Below, piece by piece: positions 48,720 through 58,674 of a stretch of 64,000 bases of DNA. A model generated the notes under the pieces. That model was not told the DNA's origin, made no database searches, and saw only the letters and a list, made by a program, of their open reading frames with translations. The position numbers were made by a program, and so were the translations under genes. Where the stretch lies: positions 320,001 through 384,000 of the forward strand of contig CAVVEU010000040.1 of NCBI GenBank assembly GCA_963747235.1, read 5' to 3'. Source of the DNA: an uncultured Candidatus Rokubacteria bacterium. GTDB lineage: Bacteria > Methylomirabilota > Methylomirabilia > Rokubacteriales > CSP1-6. How positions within the stretch are numbered: the first letter of the stretch is position 1; every line of letters begins with the position of its first letter.

Positions 48720-49477
48720 GGGAAGTGGTACCGGGAGATGTGGAGATGCACGCCGTGGGAGGACTGGGGCTCGACGGTGAGCTCGCCCGCCCCGAGCAGC
48801 AGCGCGGCCTGCGCTTTCTCCAGGCGCGCGACCAGCGGCGGCATGTCCGGCGCCACCATGGACAGCGCGACCATGCCTTCCATCCCGCCCACCTCGCTCG
48901 CCGGCACCATCAGGAGCGTGCTGCCGCCGGGCCAGCCGAGCATGGTGCGCGGCCCGCCGTTGACCTCGACCTCCGGGAGGCCGAAGAGATCCTGGTAGGT
49001 CTTGGCGGTGTCGTGCGGCGCGGGCGACCCGATCACGAGCCGCTTGAAGCGCACCGGCGACTCCGGGAGGGCCTCCCCGGACGCGGGGGTGGCGAGCTCC
49101 ACGAGCACGCCGTGGCAGGACTTCGGATGCAGGAACCCGATGCGGCCGGCGAGCCCGTCGCGCGGGGCGGTGTCGAGCAGGGCCACGCTCTTGGAGTGGA
49201 GCGCGCTCAGATCGCCCGCCACGTCGGCGGTCTTGAAGCAGAGATGGTGGAGCCCTTCACCGCGCTTGGCCAGGAACTTCCCGATCGGGCTCTCCGCGCC
49301 GAGCGGCTCCAGCAGCTCGATCTCGCTGTCGCCCGCGGCCAGCAGGGCCGCGCGCACGCCCTGTTCCTTGACGGCCGCCTCGCGCACGAGCGGCAGGCCC
49401 AGCGTGTCCCGCCAGAAGCCGTAGGCCTGCGAGAGGCTCTTCACCGCGATACCGACGTGATGGATGCTGGTCACCAT
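48716..49477 (-). CDS. mce: Methylmalonyl-CoA epimerase with extra C-terminal VOC-like domain
   Basis: HHVGIAV, EIELLEP, GEGLHHLCF, FLHPKSCHGVLVEL, then ~120 extra aa. Confidence 0.8.
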   Translation of the reverse strand: MVTSIHHVGIAVKSLSQAYGFWRDTLGLPLVREAAVKEQGVRAALLAAGDSEIELLEPLGAESPIGKFLAKRGEGLHHLCFKTADVAGDLSALHSKSVALLDTAPRDGLAGRIGFLHPKSCHGVLVELATPASGEALPESPVRFKRLVIGSPAPHDTAKTYQDLFGLPEVEVNGGPRTMLGWPGGSTLLMVPASEVGGMEGMVALSMVAPDMPPLVARLEKAQAALLLGAGELTVEPQSSHGVHLHISRYHFP

Positions 49478-49536
49478 GGCGTGGTCACGACGCTCACGCT
49501 AGCCGACGAGGCCCGGATTTTCAAGGTCTTTCGCCC

Positions 49537-50619
49537 TCAGGCCTGGGAAAAGAGCTTCTCGCTCGGCACCGGGGGCACGGCGACCAATCCCGCGTTCTCC
49601 TCGACGTGGGCCAGGCTCCGCATCCCGCAGAGCGCGGTCCCCACCCCGGGCGTGGACCGCACGAACTGCAGCGCGCGCTGCGCGTCCGTCCGCAGCCCTT
49701 CCAGCACCTGGGCGAGGGCCGGCGGCAGGTTCTGGGCCAGCTTGCCCTGGAGAATGGACGCGGAGGTCATCACGTAGAGGCCGAGCTGCTCGGCCGCCTG
49801 CATGATCGGAATGGTGGTCGTGCCGACGCGCTGGTTGGCCACCGTGATCGCCTCGGTCATGGCGAGGTTGTACGGGAGCTGGATCATGCCGAAGTGATGC
49901 CCCTCGCCCGCCACCTCGTGCGCGAGGCCGAGCAGCCCGGGCAGCGAGAGATGATCGGCCGCCGTCGCGGGCTGGCGGAAGCCGGTCCACGTGGCGACCC
50001 CGTAGCAGCGGATCTTGCCGTCGCGCACCGCGCCTTCCAGGAGCTCGAAGGCGGCGCGCATGCGGGTCTGGAAGGTGGCCTGGTCCACCGCGCCGAGCTG
50101 GGTCTCCGGGTTGTGCACGAAGTAGACGTCGATGGTCTCGAGGCCCAGGTTGGCGCGGCTCCGGTCGAGCTGGTCGGCGAGGAAGCGCGGGGCGATGCAG
50201 TGGCCGTCGCCCACGACCTCGTCGGGCTTGACGATCCCGGCCTTCACGTAGGCCTCCACCGGATGCGGCATGAATCCGCCCTTGGTCGCGATCAGCACGT
50301 CCTCGCGCGCGATCCGGACCTCCCGCGCCAGCGCGCGGAGCACCGCGCCCACGTTGCGCTCGCTGCGCTGGTGGCGATAGTTGATCGCGGAGTCCACCAC
50401 GTTGAACCCCAGCTCGAGCGCGCGCCGCACCGAGGCCTGGTAGGCGCGGTCGGTCGCCTCGTCCTCCGCGCCCAGATACGTCCCGATGCCGACCGAGGAC
50501 AGCGTGAGGCCCTGCCACGTCCGGAAATGGCCCTCGCCGGCCCGGGCGCCCCGCCGCGTGCGGTAGCCCGCGGTGCCCTCCACCGTCGCGAAGCCTCGGA
50601 TCAGGGCCGCGTCGGCCAT
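49537..50619 (-). CDS. Aldo/keto reductase
   Basis: SSVGIGTYLG, DSAINYRHQRSE, ATKGG, LGLETIDVYFVHNPE, QLPYN. Confidence 0.88.
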   Translation of the reverse strand: MADAALIRGFATVEGTAGYRTRRGARAGEGHFRTWQGLTLSSVGIGTYLGAEDEATDRAYQASVRRALELGFNVVDSAINYRHQRSERNVGAVLRALAREVRIAREDVLIATKGGFMPHPVEAYVKAGIVKPDEVVGDGHCIAPRFLADQLDRSRANLGLETIDVYFVHNPETQLGAVDQATFQTRMRAAFELLEGAVRDGKIRCYGVATWTGFRQPATAADHLSLPGLLGLAHEVAGEGHHFGMIQLPYNLAMTEAITVANQRVGTTTIPIMQAAEQLGLYVMTSASILQGKLAQNLPPALAQVLEGLRTDAQRALQFVRSTPGVGTALCGMRSLAHVEENAGLVAVPPVPSEKLFSQA

Positions 50620-52239
50620 CACGTCTCCCGGTACACGAGCAGGATCAGCCCGACCGCGGTCATGCACGCGGCCCAGATCCAGCCGGGGATGCGGCCGTCG
50701 GCGGCGGGCAGCCGCACCTCGAGCCAGCGGCCCCAGGCCATGACCACGCCGAGCAGCCCCATGGGCGCGTGCGAGACCTCGGCGAGGAACTCGGTCTTGA
50801 GATTGAACATGGCGTGCGAGTGCGTCAGGAGCAGCGCGCCTCCCGACGCGCAGAGCAGCGGAAACACCAGGCGCCCGCCGGGCCGCGTGAGCCGCGCGGA
50901 GCGCACCATCCACTCGAACACCGCGAGCGCCACCACCAGCAGCACCACCAGCCGGTGCTGCAGCACGTCGGGCAGGACCATGCTCTCCCAGAACCCGGCC
51001 GGCCCCAGCGGCCACGCGCGCGGGTCGTTGCGCACGAACAGGAACGCGGCCAGGCCGAGGAAGCCGAGCGGCCAGTGCCGCGCCCAGCGCGCGCGACCCG
51101 TCCGATCGAGCAGGGCGAGCAGCCCCATGGTGAACACGAAGAAGCCCGCCGCGTGGTGATTGTACTCGGACCACGCGTATTCTTCCGGCTGGCGTGTGGC
51201 CAGGGTGTCTTCCATGGGCGCCGCCGCGGCCAGGAGCTGCGCGATGGGCGGCGAGCTGAGCCGCGGCATCGCGGGCCGGAAGCGGGCGGCCACCTCGGCC
51301 GGCGTGGCGCGATCGGCCACCACGTCCACCGACGGCGGCAGCGACGTCAGCGAGGCGGCCGCCAGCAGGAGCGTGAGGCCCAGGCCCACCTCGGCCTCGA
51401 GCAAGGCCGGCACGCGCGCCGCGATCGCCCCCGCTCCCGCTGTCGCCCCGGCGCAGGACGAGGAAGTTCAGACCGCCCAGGATCAGCGCGCAGCCGAGCA
51501 GCGCCACCTTGGTCAGCACCATGACCCCGTAGCCGGTGCCGATCAGGCCGCCCCACCCGCCCACGTAGCTCCAGGACAGGTAGAGGCCGGGCCCGAGCAC
51601 CAGGACGAGGGCGGCGATGGCCACCACCGAGAAGCGCGCGAGCACGCGCACGCCGAGCGGCTCGGCCGCCGGGCCGCCCGCGCGGCGCCAGAGCAGCGCG
51701 AAGCCGACCAGGTGGAGGAGCCCGCCCACCCACACCATCGCGCCGAGCTGATGCAGCACGGTGCCCACCATGAGCGGGCCGCGATCGTGCAGGCGGCTCA
51801 CCGCGTGGGCGAGCCAGGCCGAATTCGCCATCAACAGGAGACCGAGGCCGAGCGCCACCGTGAAGCCGAGCGTGCGGTCGGGCGCGCGCCGGATCCCGCG
51901 CGCGCACACCGCCAGGGCCAGCGCCAGCGCGACACGGCCGAGCCCCGCGAGGCCGAACTCGGTGGTGAGGAACTCGCGCAGCGGCCAGCGCCCCGAGTCC
52001 TCGGCCAGCGCCCAGGGATGCACGAGCAGCAGGAGGAGCAGCTCGGCGCCCGCCGCGAGCAGCGCGCCCGCCGCGATGAGGGTCAGCGCGCGCCCGCGCG
52101 CGGCGGCCACGAGGCCCCCCGCGCCGGCCGGCGGCCGCAGCACCAGCCACAGGTAGACGAGCCCGCCGACCGCCGCGGCGAGCCCCACCGTCCCGAAGCC
52201 GCGCAGCAGGACGTCGAGAAAGCCCGCCAGCTGCGTCAT
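50619..52239 (-). CDS. copD: CopD family copper resistance/uptake membrane protein (frameshift near 51420)
   Basis: AHA, LHQLGAMVWVGGL, RFS, YGVMVLTK, EVGLG, WSEYNHH. Confidence 0.82.
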
Positions 52240-52243
52240 GCCG

Positions 52244-52636
52244 CTAGCGGCCGGCGCCGACCGTGAAGCGCAGCGCGCCCTCGGTGATGTGGCCGTCCAC
52301 CGCGAGCACGCGATACCGCAGGACGTAGACGCCGGGGCCGAGCGGCTGGAGCGGGATCGTGAGCCGGTCGGGCGTCGCCTCCGCGTCGCCGGGGGGCACC
52401 GCCACCGCCACCGGCGCCCGGTCCGCGAGGGCCAGCGTCACCCGGGTGAAGCGCTTCTCGATCCGGCTATTGAAGCGGAGCGTCACCCGCGCAGGCGGTT
52501 GCGGCAGCACCGCGTCGTGGGTCGGGGACGACTCGAGCACGATGGCGTGCGGGGACGCCGCGCGGGGCGCGGCGAGCGTGAGACAGGCCATCAGCAGCAG
52601 GGCCGCCGCGGAGGCCGGCCGGAACGGGAACGCCAC
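52244..52636 (-). CDS. copC: CopC periplasmic copper-binding protein
   Basis: Signal peptide then mature N-terminal His (HAIVLESSP), LRFNSRIE, YRVLAVDGH. Confidence 0.88.
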   Translation of the reverse strand: MAFPFRPASAAALLLMACLTLAAPRAASPHAIVLESSPTHDAVLPQPPARVTLRFNSRIEKRFTRVTLALADRAPVAVAVPPGDAEATPDRLTIPLQPLGPGVYVLRYRVLAVDGHITEGALRFTVGAGR

Positions 52637-52641
52637 GCGGA

Positions 52642-53671
52642 TCAGCGCCAGTCGTCCAGCACCAGATCGCTGGCGTCCTCGTAGTCCTCCTGCTTGCCCC
52701 GCTTCATGCGGACCATGGTGAAGTCCACGTGGTAGCCGCGCTCGAGGAGCGTCTGGTACGCGGTCCAGTAATACGTGTAGGCAGGCACGACGACGCGCTG
52801 GAGCTGGGCGGAGGCCGCCATCTCCTCCACGCCCGGCGATCAGGGCCTGCAGGTGCTCGGGCTTGCGATGCGCGCTGTCGATCGCCAGCAGCTTGACGTA
52901 GGCGCTGCCGTGGGGCGCCTCGCTGTTGGGCGGCAGGTGGCAGACCGCGAAGCCGATCACCTCCCGGCCCTTCTCGAGCAGGAGCGTGTCGCCCAGGGTG
53001 AGACCGTCCACGATCTCGATCTCCTTGCTCACGTCGAGCCCGCGCCAGAAGTGATTCGTGATGCGCCGGATCTTCTGCATCACCTGCTTCTTGCGCGCTT
53101 CCTCGAGCGTCGAGTACCGGCGCACGCCGGCCCCGGGCTTGGCCGCGGGCTTCGCGACGCCCACCGGCGCTCGATCGAGCGCCTTGCTGGTCACCACCAC
53201 CAGGCCCTTCGGCCGGTAGCCGTACTTCTGGTAGAAGATCAGGTGCTTGGGGCTGTAGGGATAGGTCGCCACGCCCTGCAGCGTCGCCTTGTTCTCGTCG
53301 AAGAACTCCTGGCACGCGGTGAGGAGCTGCTGGCCGATGTCCTGGTTCTGGTAGTGGGTCAGCACCGCCACCGGGCCGATCACGCCCACCGTGCCCCACA
53401 TGACCGCGACGGCGGCGCCGACGATCTTGCCGTCGCCCTCCTCGGCCACGAAGCAGCCCCACGGCTCCATGAGCCAGCGATGGTGCACGTACTGCGCCCC
53501 GCCGAACACCTGGCGCGGCCGCGTGCCCACCTGGCGCTCGAAGAAATCGCCGAAGGCCTGCTCGATGACGTCGCGGACCTTGGAGAGATCGCCCTTCCGG
53601 ACACGGCGGATCTTGATGAGGGGCGAGCGGCCTTGCGAATCGAGGCCCGGGCGGTCGACGGTCGCCCTCAT
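52642..53671 (-). CDS. GNAT family N-acetyltransferase, two-domain (frameshift near 52835)
   Basis: GCFVAEE, GPVAVLTHYQNQDIGQQL, FYQKYGY. Confidence 0.78.
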
Positions 53672-54558
53672 GATTGCTCCGGCACGCCCGCCAGCTCCTC
53701 GAGCAGCGTGATCACGCCGGAGTGGTCGAGCCCGCCCTTGCCCTTGACCCGCATGGCGTTGAACAGCTCCTGCACCACCGCGGTGGTCGGCAGCGGCACG
53801 CCGAGGGCGCGGGACGACTCCATGATGAGGCCCAGGTCCTTGAAGTGCAGATCGATCTTGAAGCCGGGGTTGTAGGTCCCCGCCACGTAGTTGGCCGTCT
53901 TCTGCTCGAGGCACTTCGAGCCGGCGAGGCCGCCGCCGAGCGCCTTGAGGGTGAGCGCGCGATCGAGGCCGGCCTTGCGCGCCAGCGTCAGCGCCTCGCC
54001 CAGCGCGGTGAGATTCACCGCCACGATGATCTGGTTGGCGAGCTTGGTGAACCCGCCCGCGCCCAGCGGCCCGAGGTGCGTGATCGTCTTGCCGAGCGCC
54101 TGGAACACCGGCAGCGCGGCGTCGAAGTCGGCCTTCTCACCCCCGACCATGATGGACAGCGCCGCGTCGATGGCGCCCTTCTCGCCGCCCGAGACCGGCG
54201 CGTCGAGCATGCGCACGCCCTTCGCCCCGAGGGCCTTGCCGACCTTCTGCGAGACCAGCGGCGAGATCGTGGACATGTCGGCGAAGAGCTGCCCACGCTT
54301 GACGCCCTCGATCAGGCCATCCTTGCCGAGCGCCACCAGCTCCACGTCCGGAGAGTTCGGCAGCATGGCGATGATGACGTCGGACTGGGCCGCGACGTCC
54401 TTTGGACTGGAGGCCGCTTTGGCCCCCGCCCCGACCAGCTCCTGCACCGGTCCCTGGCTCCGGCTGTGGACAACCAGTGGATATCCGGCCTTCAGCAAGT
54501 TCTTAGCCATGGGACGGCCCATGATACCAAGCCCAATGAATCCAACGACTTGCGCCAT
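53668..54558 (-). CDS. garR: 2-hydroxy-3-oxopropionate (tartronate semialdehyde) reductase
   Basis: GFIGLGIMGRPMA, MLPNSPDV, DAPVSGG, KLANQ, PGFKIDLHFKDL, LDHSG. Confidence 0.88.
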   Translation of the reverse strand: MAQVVGFIGLGIMGRPMAKNLLKAGYPLVVHSRSQGPVQELVGAGAKAASSPKDVAAQSDVIIAMLPNSPDVELVALGKDGLIEGVKRGQLFADMSTISPLVSQKVGKALGAKGVRMLDAPVSGGEKGAIDAALSIMVGGEKADFDAALPVFQALGKTITHLGPLGAGGFTKLANQIIVAVNLTALGEALTLARKAGLDRALTLKALGGGLAGSKCLEQKTANYVAGTYNPGFKIDLHFKDLGLIMESSRALGVPLPTTAVVQELFNAMRVKGKGGLDHSGVITLLEELAGVPEQS

Positions 54559-54676
54559 GGTGACCTCGTGGGGACCGAATTGGGAGGAGCTGCAGCGGCC
54601 CGGAGGTTGGAGTAACACAGACGCGCGCGGTGAGTCAAGCCATTCCCCAGCCCCCCGCACTCCCCCCGCACTCTTA

Positions 54677-54705
54677 TTGACAGGCGCCGCGGTTCCTGCG
54701 ACTCT
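54677..54705 (+). promoter_or_regulatory. Putative trp promoter
   Basis: TTGACA-17 bp-GACTCT with TG extension; 7 nt before leader GTG. Confidence 0.5.
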
Positions 54706-54712
54706 TCGGCTC

Positions 54713-54763
54713 GTGAAATCGACGCGCGCGGCGGCCTGGTCTTGGTGGTGGCCCTGCCCCTGA
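54713..54763 (+). CDS. trpL: Trp attenuator leader peptide MKSTRAAAWSWWWPCP
   Basis: 16-aa ORF with 4 TGG codons (WSWWW) directly upstream of a terminator and trpE(G). Confidence 0.85.
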   Translation: MKSTRAAAWSWWWPCP

Positions 54764-54809
54764 GGGGTGGGCCCGCCGGCCAGCGCAAGCGCGATCTAGG
54801 CGAGACCGG

Positions 54810-54843
54810 AGCCGCCCCCAGGCTGGGGCGGCTTTTGCGTTTT
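54810..54843 (+). terminator. Intrinsic terminator (attenuator) of trp leader
   Basis: AGCCGCCCC-caggct-GGGGCGGCT followed by TTTGCGTTTT. Confidence 0.85.
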
Positions 54844-54892
54844 CCCGCCCCCGCCTGGGAGCCGGCTCCTCAGGAGAGAGGAGAGTCCGGCC

Positions 54893-57106
54893 ATGAGCAG
54901 TGACAGCTACCTCACGGGTGGGGGCATCCGCGTCCACCGCACGGTGGAGCCCCTCCCGATGGCGAATGCCATCGAGCCGATCGTGGACGCCCTCGACGCG
55001 CGCCGCGGCGTGCTGCTCGCGTCGAGCTACGAGTACCCCGGTCGCTACACCCGCTGGGACATGGGGTTCGTGGATCCGCCGCTCGCCCTCGTGGCTCGCG
55101 GCCGCCGCCTCCGCGCCGAGGCGCTGAACCCCCGCGGCCTCGTCCTGCTCCCCGCCATCGCCCAGGCGCTCCAGAGCCTCGATCAGATCGAAGGCTTCGA
55201 GCGGACGGACGACGCGGTCGCGGTGACGGTGCGCGCCCCGGCGACGGGCTTCGCGGAAGAGGATCGAAGCCGCCAGCCCTCGGTGTTCTCGCTGCTGCGC
55301 GCGCTGATCGCGCTCTTCCGGCACGCCGAGGAGCCGCACCTCGGGCTCTACGGCGCCTTCGGCTACGATCTCGCGTTCCAGTTCGAGCCGATCCGCGCGC
55401 GCCTGCCGCGCCCCGCCGACCAGCGCGACCTGGTCCTCTACCTGCCCGACGAGCTGATCATCGTGGACCACCGGCGCGAGATGGCCCAGCGGCGCCGCTA
55501 CGAGTTCGAGGCGGGCGGCCGCGCCACCGCCGGCCTGCCCCGCGCGGGGGCGGCGTCGCATCCGTTCACGGGCGCCCTCGCCGTGCCGCGCGCGGGCGAC
55601 CACGAGCCGGGCGCGTACGCGGCGGTCGTCCACGTGGCGCGCGAGGCCTTCGCGCGAGGCGATCTCTTCGAGGTGGTCCCCGGCCAGACCTTCTTCGAGC
55701 CCTGCCCCTCGCCGCCGTCGGAGCTGTTCCGTCGCCTGCGCGAGCGCAATCCCGCGCCCTACGGCTTCCTGATGAACCTCGGGGAGGCGGAGTACCTGGT
55801 GGGCGCCTCGCCCGAGATGTACGTGCGCGTGGACGGCGACCGCGTGGAGACCTGCCCGATCTCGGGCACGATCGCGCGCGGCCGCGACGCCATCGCCGAC
55901 GCGGTCCAGATCCAGGCGCTGCTCAACTCGGCCAAGGACGAGTCGGAGCTCACGATGTGCACCGACGTGGACCGCAACGACAAGTCGCGCATCTGCGTGC
56001 CGGGCAGCGTGCGGGTGATCGGGCGGCGCCAGATCGAGATGTACGCGCGCCTCATCCACACCGTGGATCACGTGGAGGGGCGGCTCCGTCCCGAGTTCGA
56101 CGCGCTCGACGCGTTCCTGGCGCACACGTGGGCGGTCACCGTCACCGGAGCGCCGAAGGCCTGGGCCATGCAGTTCATCGAGGATCACGAGCGGTCGCCC
56201 CGCGCCTGGTACGGCGGCGCGGTCGGGCTCCTCGGCTTCGACGGCAACCTGAATACCGGGCTCACCCTCCGGACGATCCGGGTCAAGGACGGTGCCGCCG
56301 AGGTGCGCGCCGGGGCCACGCTCCTCTACGACTCCGATCCAGACGCGGAAGAAGAGGAGACGCGGCTCAAGGCCTCCGCGTTCCTCGACGCGCTCCGGCG
56401 GCCCCGCGGGGTGGAAGCGGGAACGCGGGTGGAGGCGCCGCGCCCAGGCGCGGGGCGCCGCGTGCTCCTGGTGGACCACCAGGATTCGTTCGTCCACACG
56501 CTGGCGAACTATCTCCGCCAGACCGGCGCCGAGGTGACGACGCGGCGGGCCGGCTTCCCGGCGAGCGTGCTCGACGAGCTGCGGCCCGACCTGGTGGTGC
56601 TCTCGCCCGGGCCCGGCACGCCGGGCGACTTCGATCTGTCGGGGACGCTGAAGGCGCTGCTGGAGCGCGGGATCCCGACGTTCGGGGTCTGCCTGGGGCT
56701 GCAGGGCATCGTGGAGCACCTGGGCGGCGAGCTCGGCGTGCTCGACTACCCGATGCACGGCAAGGCCTCGCGCATCCAGGTCCGCGGCGGGCGCCTCTTC
56801 GCCGGGCTGCCCGGCGAGTTCACCGCGGGCCGCTACCACTCCCTCTTCGCGCTCCGCGAGAAGCTGCCCGCCGCGCTCGAGGTGACGGCGGAGAGCGACG
56901 ACGGGATCGTGATGGCGGTGGAGCACGCGCATCTGCCGCTGGCCGCGGTGCAGTTCCATCCGGAGTCCATCATGTCGCTCGAGGGCGACGTCGGGCTGCG
57001 GCTGCTCCGGAACGTGGTGACCGGCCTGGTCGCGGATCGCCCTAGCGGATCCGCGCCGGCTCCTCCTGCGCTCGGCGGCGCACCCATTCCGGGTCGAACT
57101 CGCTGA
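54893..57106 (+). CDS. trpE: Fused anthranilate synthase TrpE(G)
   Basis: SSYEYPGRYTRWD, GDLFEVVP, ASPEM, CPISGT, CTDVDRNDK, TGAPK plus GATase DHQDSF, SPGPG, GVCLG, QFHPES. Confidence 0.93.
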   Translation: MSSDSYLTGGGIRVHRTVEPLPMANAIEPIVDALDARRGVLLASSYEYPGRYTRWDMGFVDPPLALVARGRRLRAEALNPRGLVLLPAIAQALQSLDQIEGFERTDDAVAVTVRAPATGFAEEDRSRQPSVFSLLRALIALFRHAEEPHLGLYGAFGYDLAFQFEPIRARLPRPADQRDLVLYLPDELIIVDHRREMAQRRRYEFEAGGRATAGLPRAGAASHPFTGALAVPRAGDHEPGAYAAVVHVAREAFARGDLFEVVPGQTFFEPCPSPPSELFRRLRERNPAPYGFLMNLGEAEYLVGASPEMYVRVDGDRVETCPISGTIARGRDAIADAVQIQALLNSAKDESELTMCTDVDRNDKSRICVPGSVRVIGRRQIEMYARLIHTVDHVEGRLRPEFDALDAFLAHTWAVTVTGAPKAWAMQFIEDHERSPRAWYGGAVGLLGFDGNLNTGLTLRTIRVKDGAAEVRAGATLLYDSDPDAEEEETRLKASAFLDALRRPRGVEAGTRVEAPRPGAGRRVLLVDHQDSFVHTLANYLRQTGAEVTTRRAGFPASVLDELRPDLVVLSPGPGTPGDFDLSGTLKALLERGIPTFGVCLGLQGIVEHLGGELGVLDYPMHGKASRIQVRGGRLFAGLPGEFTAGRYHSLFALREKLPAALEVTAESDDGIVMAVEHAHLPLAAVQFHPESIMSLEGDVGLRLLRNVVTGLVADRPSGSAPAPPALGGAPIPGRTR

Positions 57107-57614
57107 TCTGCCAGCCGCGGTCGGCCTGGCGGCTCATCCGGAACCGGACCGGGCCCTGGGCGGGATCGCGGTAGGTGACCCAGACGTCGGGCCCGGCGCT
57201 CGAGATCTGGAAGGCCCGGAAGACCGCGATGGCGCCCACCGGCAGCACGAGGGCGGTCGCCTGGATGCCGGCCCGCTCCACGCTGCGCCGGATCTCGAGC
57301 CGGATCCGCGTCACCACCTGCGGCCGCACGCGGCGCTTGGCCATGCTGGCCGCGAGCTGGCGCCCGTTCGACTCGGCGGTGGTGGTGGGCTCGGGCTGGC
57401 GCGCGAGGTAGTCGCCCACGATCACCTCGGCGGCGCGGTCGGCGATCCGCTCCACGTCGAAGTAGCGCTCCGCCGCCGCCACGTCGTGCCGCTGCATGGC
57501 CACGCCCAGGCGGTAGAGCGCGTAGCGGGGCGTGGACGTGGCGTAGAAGCATCCGACGGCGGCCAGCACGAGCACCGCGGCCGGCACGCCCCACGTCCAC
57601 GCGCGTCTCGACAT
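57042..57614 (-). CDS. Hypothetical membrane-anchored protein (DUF2939-like)
   Basis: N-terminal TM then TPRYALYRLGVAMQRHD..YFDVE; codon style consistent. Confidence 0.6.
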   Translation of the reverse strand: MSRRAWTWGVPAAVLVLAAVGCFYATSTPRYALYRLGVAMQRHDVAAAERYFDVERIADRAAEVIVGDYLARQPEPTTTAESNGRQLAASMAKRRVRPQVVTRIRLEIRRSVERAGIQATALVLPVGAIAVFRAFQISSAGPDVWVTYRDPAQGPVRFRMSRQADRGWQISEFDPEWVRRRAQEEPARIR

Positions 57615-57675
57615 CGCCCGGCCACGCTACCGCACCCCCCGCGGCCCGCGCAACCGAGCCCCGGAAAATCGGCCC

Positions 57676-57730
57676 TTGACCGAGCCGGGCTCCGGATGTA
57701 TTAATATTCACTATGAACAATACATATTCA
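57676..57730 (+). promoter_or_regulatory. argR promoter with tandem ARG boxes
   Basis: TTGACC-17-TATTAA; AT-rich TGTATTAATATTCA (57697-57710) and ACAATACATATTCA (57717-57730), 20-bp period. Confidence 0.75.
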
Positions 57731-58189
57731 TCAAGCCGGCGGCGGCGCGAGATCCTGGCCCAGGTCGCGCAGGGCGGGGTGCGCTCCCAGGAGGAGCTGC
57801 AGCGCCGGCTGCGGCGCCGCGGGATCGCGGTCGCCCAGCCGACCCTGTCGCGCGACCTCAAGACGCTCGGGCTCGCCAAGACCCCGACCGGCTACGTGAC
57901 CACGCCCGCGGGCGCCTTCGTGCCCGCCGAGACCCGGCGCGGCGCGCTCGACCGGGCGGTGGGCGAGTTCGTGCTCTCGGTGCGGGCCGCTTCCTCCCTC
58001 GTGGTGGTGCGCACGCCGCCCGCGGGCGCCCATCCCCTGGCCCGGGCCCTCGACGAGGCCGATCTGCCCGAGGTGGTCGGCACCATCGCGGGCGACGACA
58101 CCGTGTTCGTGGCCGCCACCGGGCCGGCGACCGCCCGGCTGCTCGAGCGGCGCCTGCGCGCCCCCCTCGGGGCGAGGAAGGGAGCGTGA
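57713..58189 (+). CDS. argR: Arginine repressor
   Basis: SQEEL, QPTLSRDL, VVRTPPAGA, GTIAGDDT. Confidence 0.93.
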   Translation: MNNTYSSSRRRREILAQVAQGGVRSQEELQRRLRRRGIAVAQPTLSRDLKTLGLAKTPTGYVTTPAGAFVPAETRRGALDRAVGEFVLSVRAASSLVVVRTPPAGAHPLARALDEADLPEVVGTIAGDDTVFVAATGPATARLLERRLRAPLGARKGA

Positions 58190-58674
58190 GCCGCATGCAC
58201 CACGAGCGGCACGACGGCGACATCCTGGTCAGCACGGATCCGGCGCGGCTCGACCTGGACACGATCCACCGCTTCCTCTCCGGGTCGTCCTACTGGGCCA
58301 CCGGAATTCCGCGGGAGACCATGGAGCGGTCCATCCGCCACTCGATCTGCTTCGGCGCCTTCGACGGCGGCCGGCAGGTGGGGTTCGCCCGCGTCATCAG
58401 CGACCACGCGACGTTCGCCTACGTGTGCGACGTCTTCGTGCTGGACAGCCACCGCGGCCGGGGCATCGGCGGGCGGATCATGGCCTGCATCACGAGTCAC
58501 CCGGAGCTACAGAACCTGCGCCTCTGGACCCTGTTCACGCGGGACGCCCACGGGCTGTACCGCCAGCACGGCTTCCGCGACGCGCGCCACCCGGACCGGC
58601 TCATGGAGCGGCGCGCCGAGCGCCCCTATGCCCTGAGCGCGGCCGGCCACTCACAAGAAGAGAGGACCGCATGA
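58186..58674 (+). CDS. GNAT family N-acetyltransferase
   Basis: STDPARLD, SYWA, QVGFARVISD, DVFVLDSHRGRGIG, TRDAHGLY. Confidence 0.88.
   Translation: MSRMHHERHDGDILVSTDPARLDLDTIHRFLSGSSYWATGIPRETMERSIRHSICFGAFDGGRQVGFARVISDHATFAYVCDVFVLDSHRGRGIGGRIMACITSHPELQNLRLWTLFTRDAHGLYRQHGFRDARHPDRLMERRAERPYALSAAGHSQEERTA

Noticed and set aside
49537-53914. CopD-AKR (900 aa) and GNAT-CopC (556 aa) fusions
   Set aside because: Both arise from single indels; the proper C-termini exist as separate ORFs (50619..51413 and 52642..52830).
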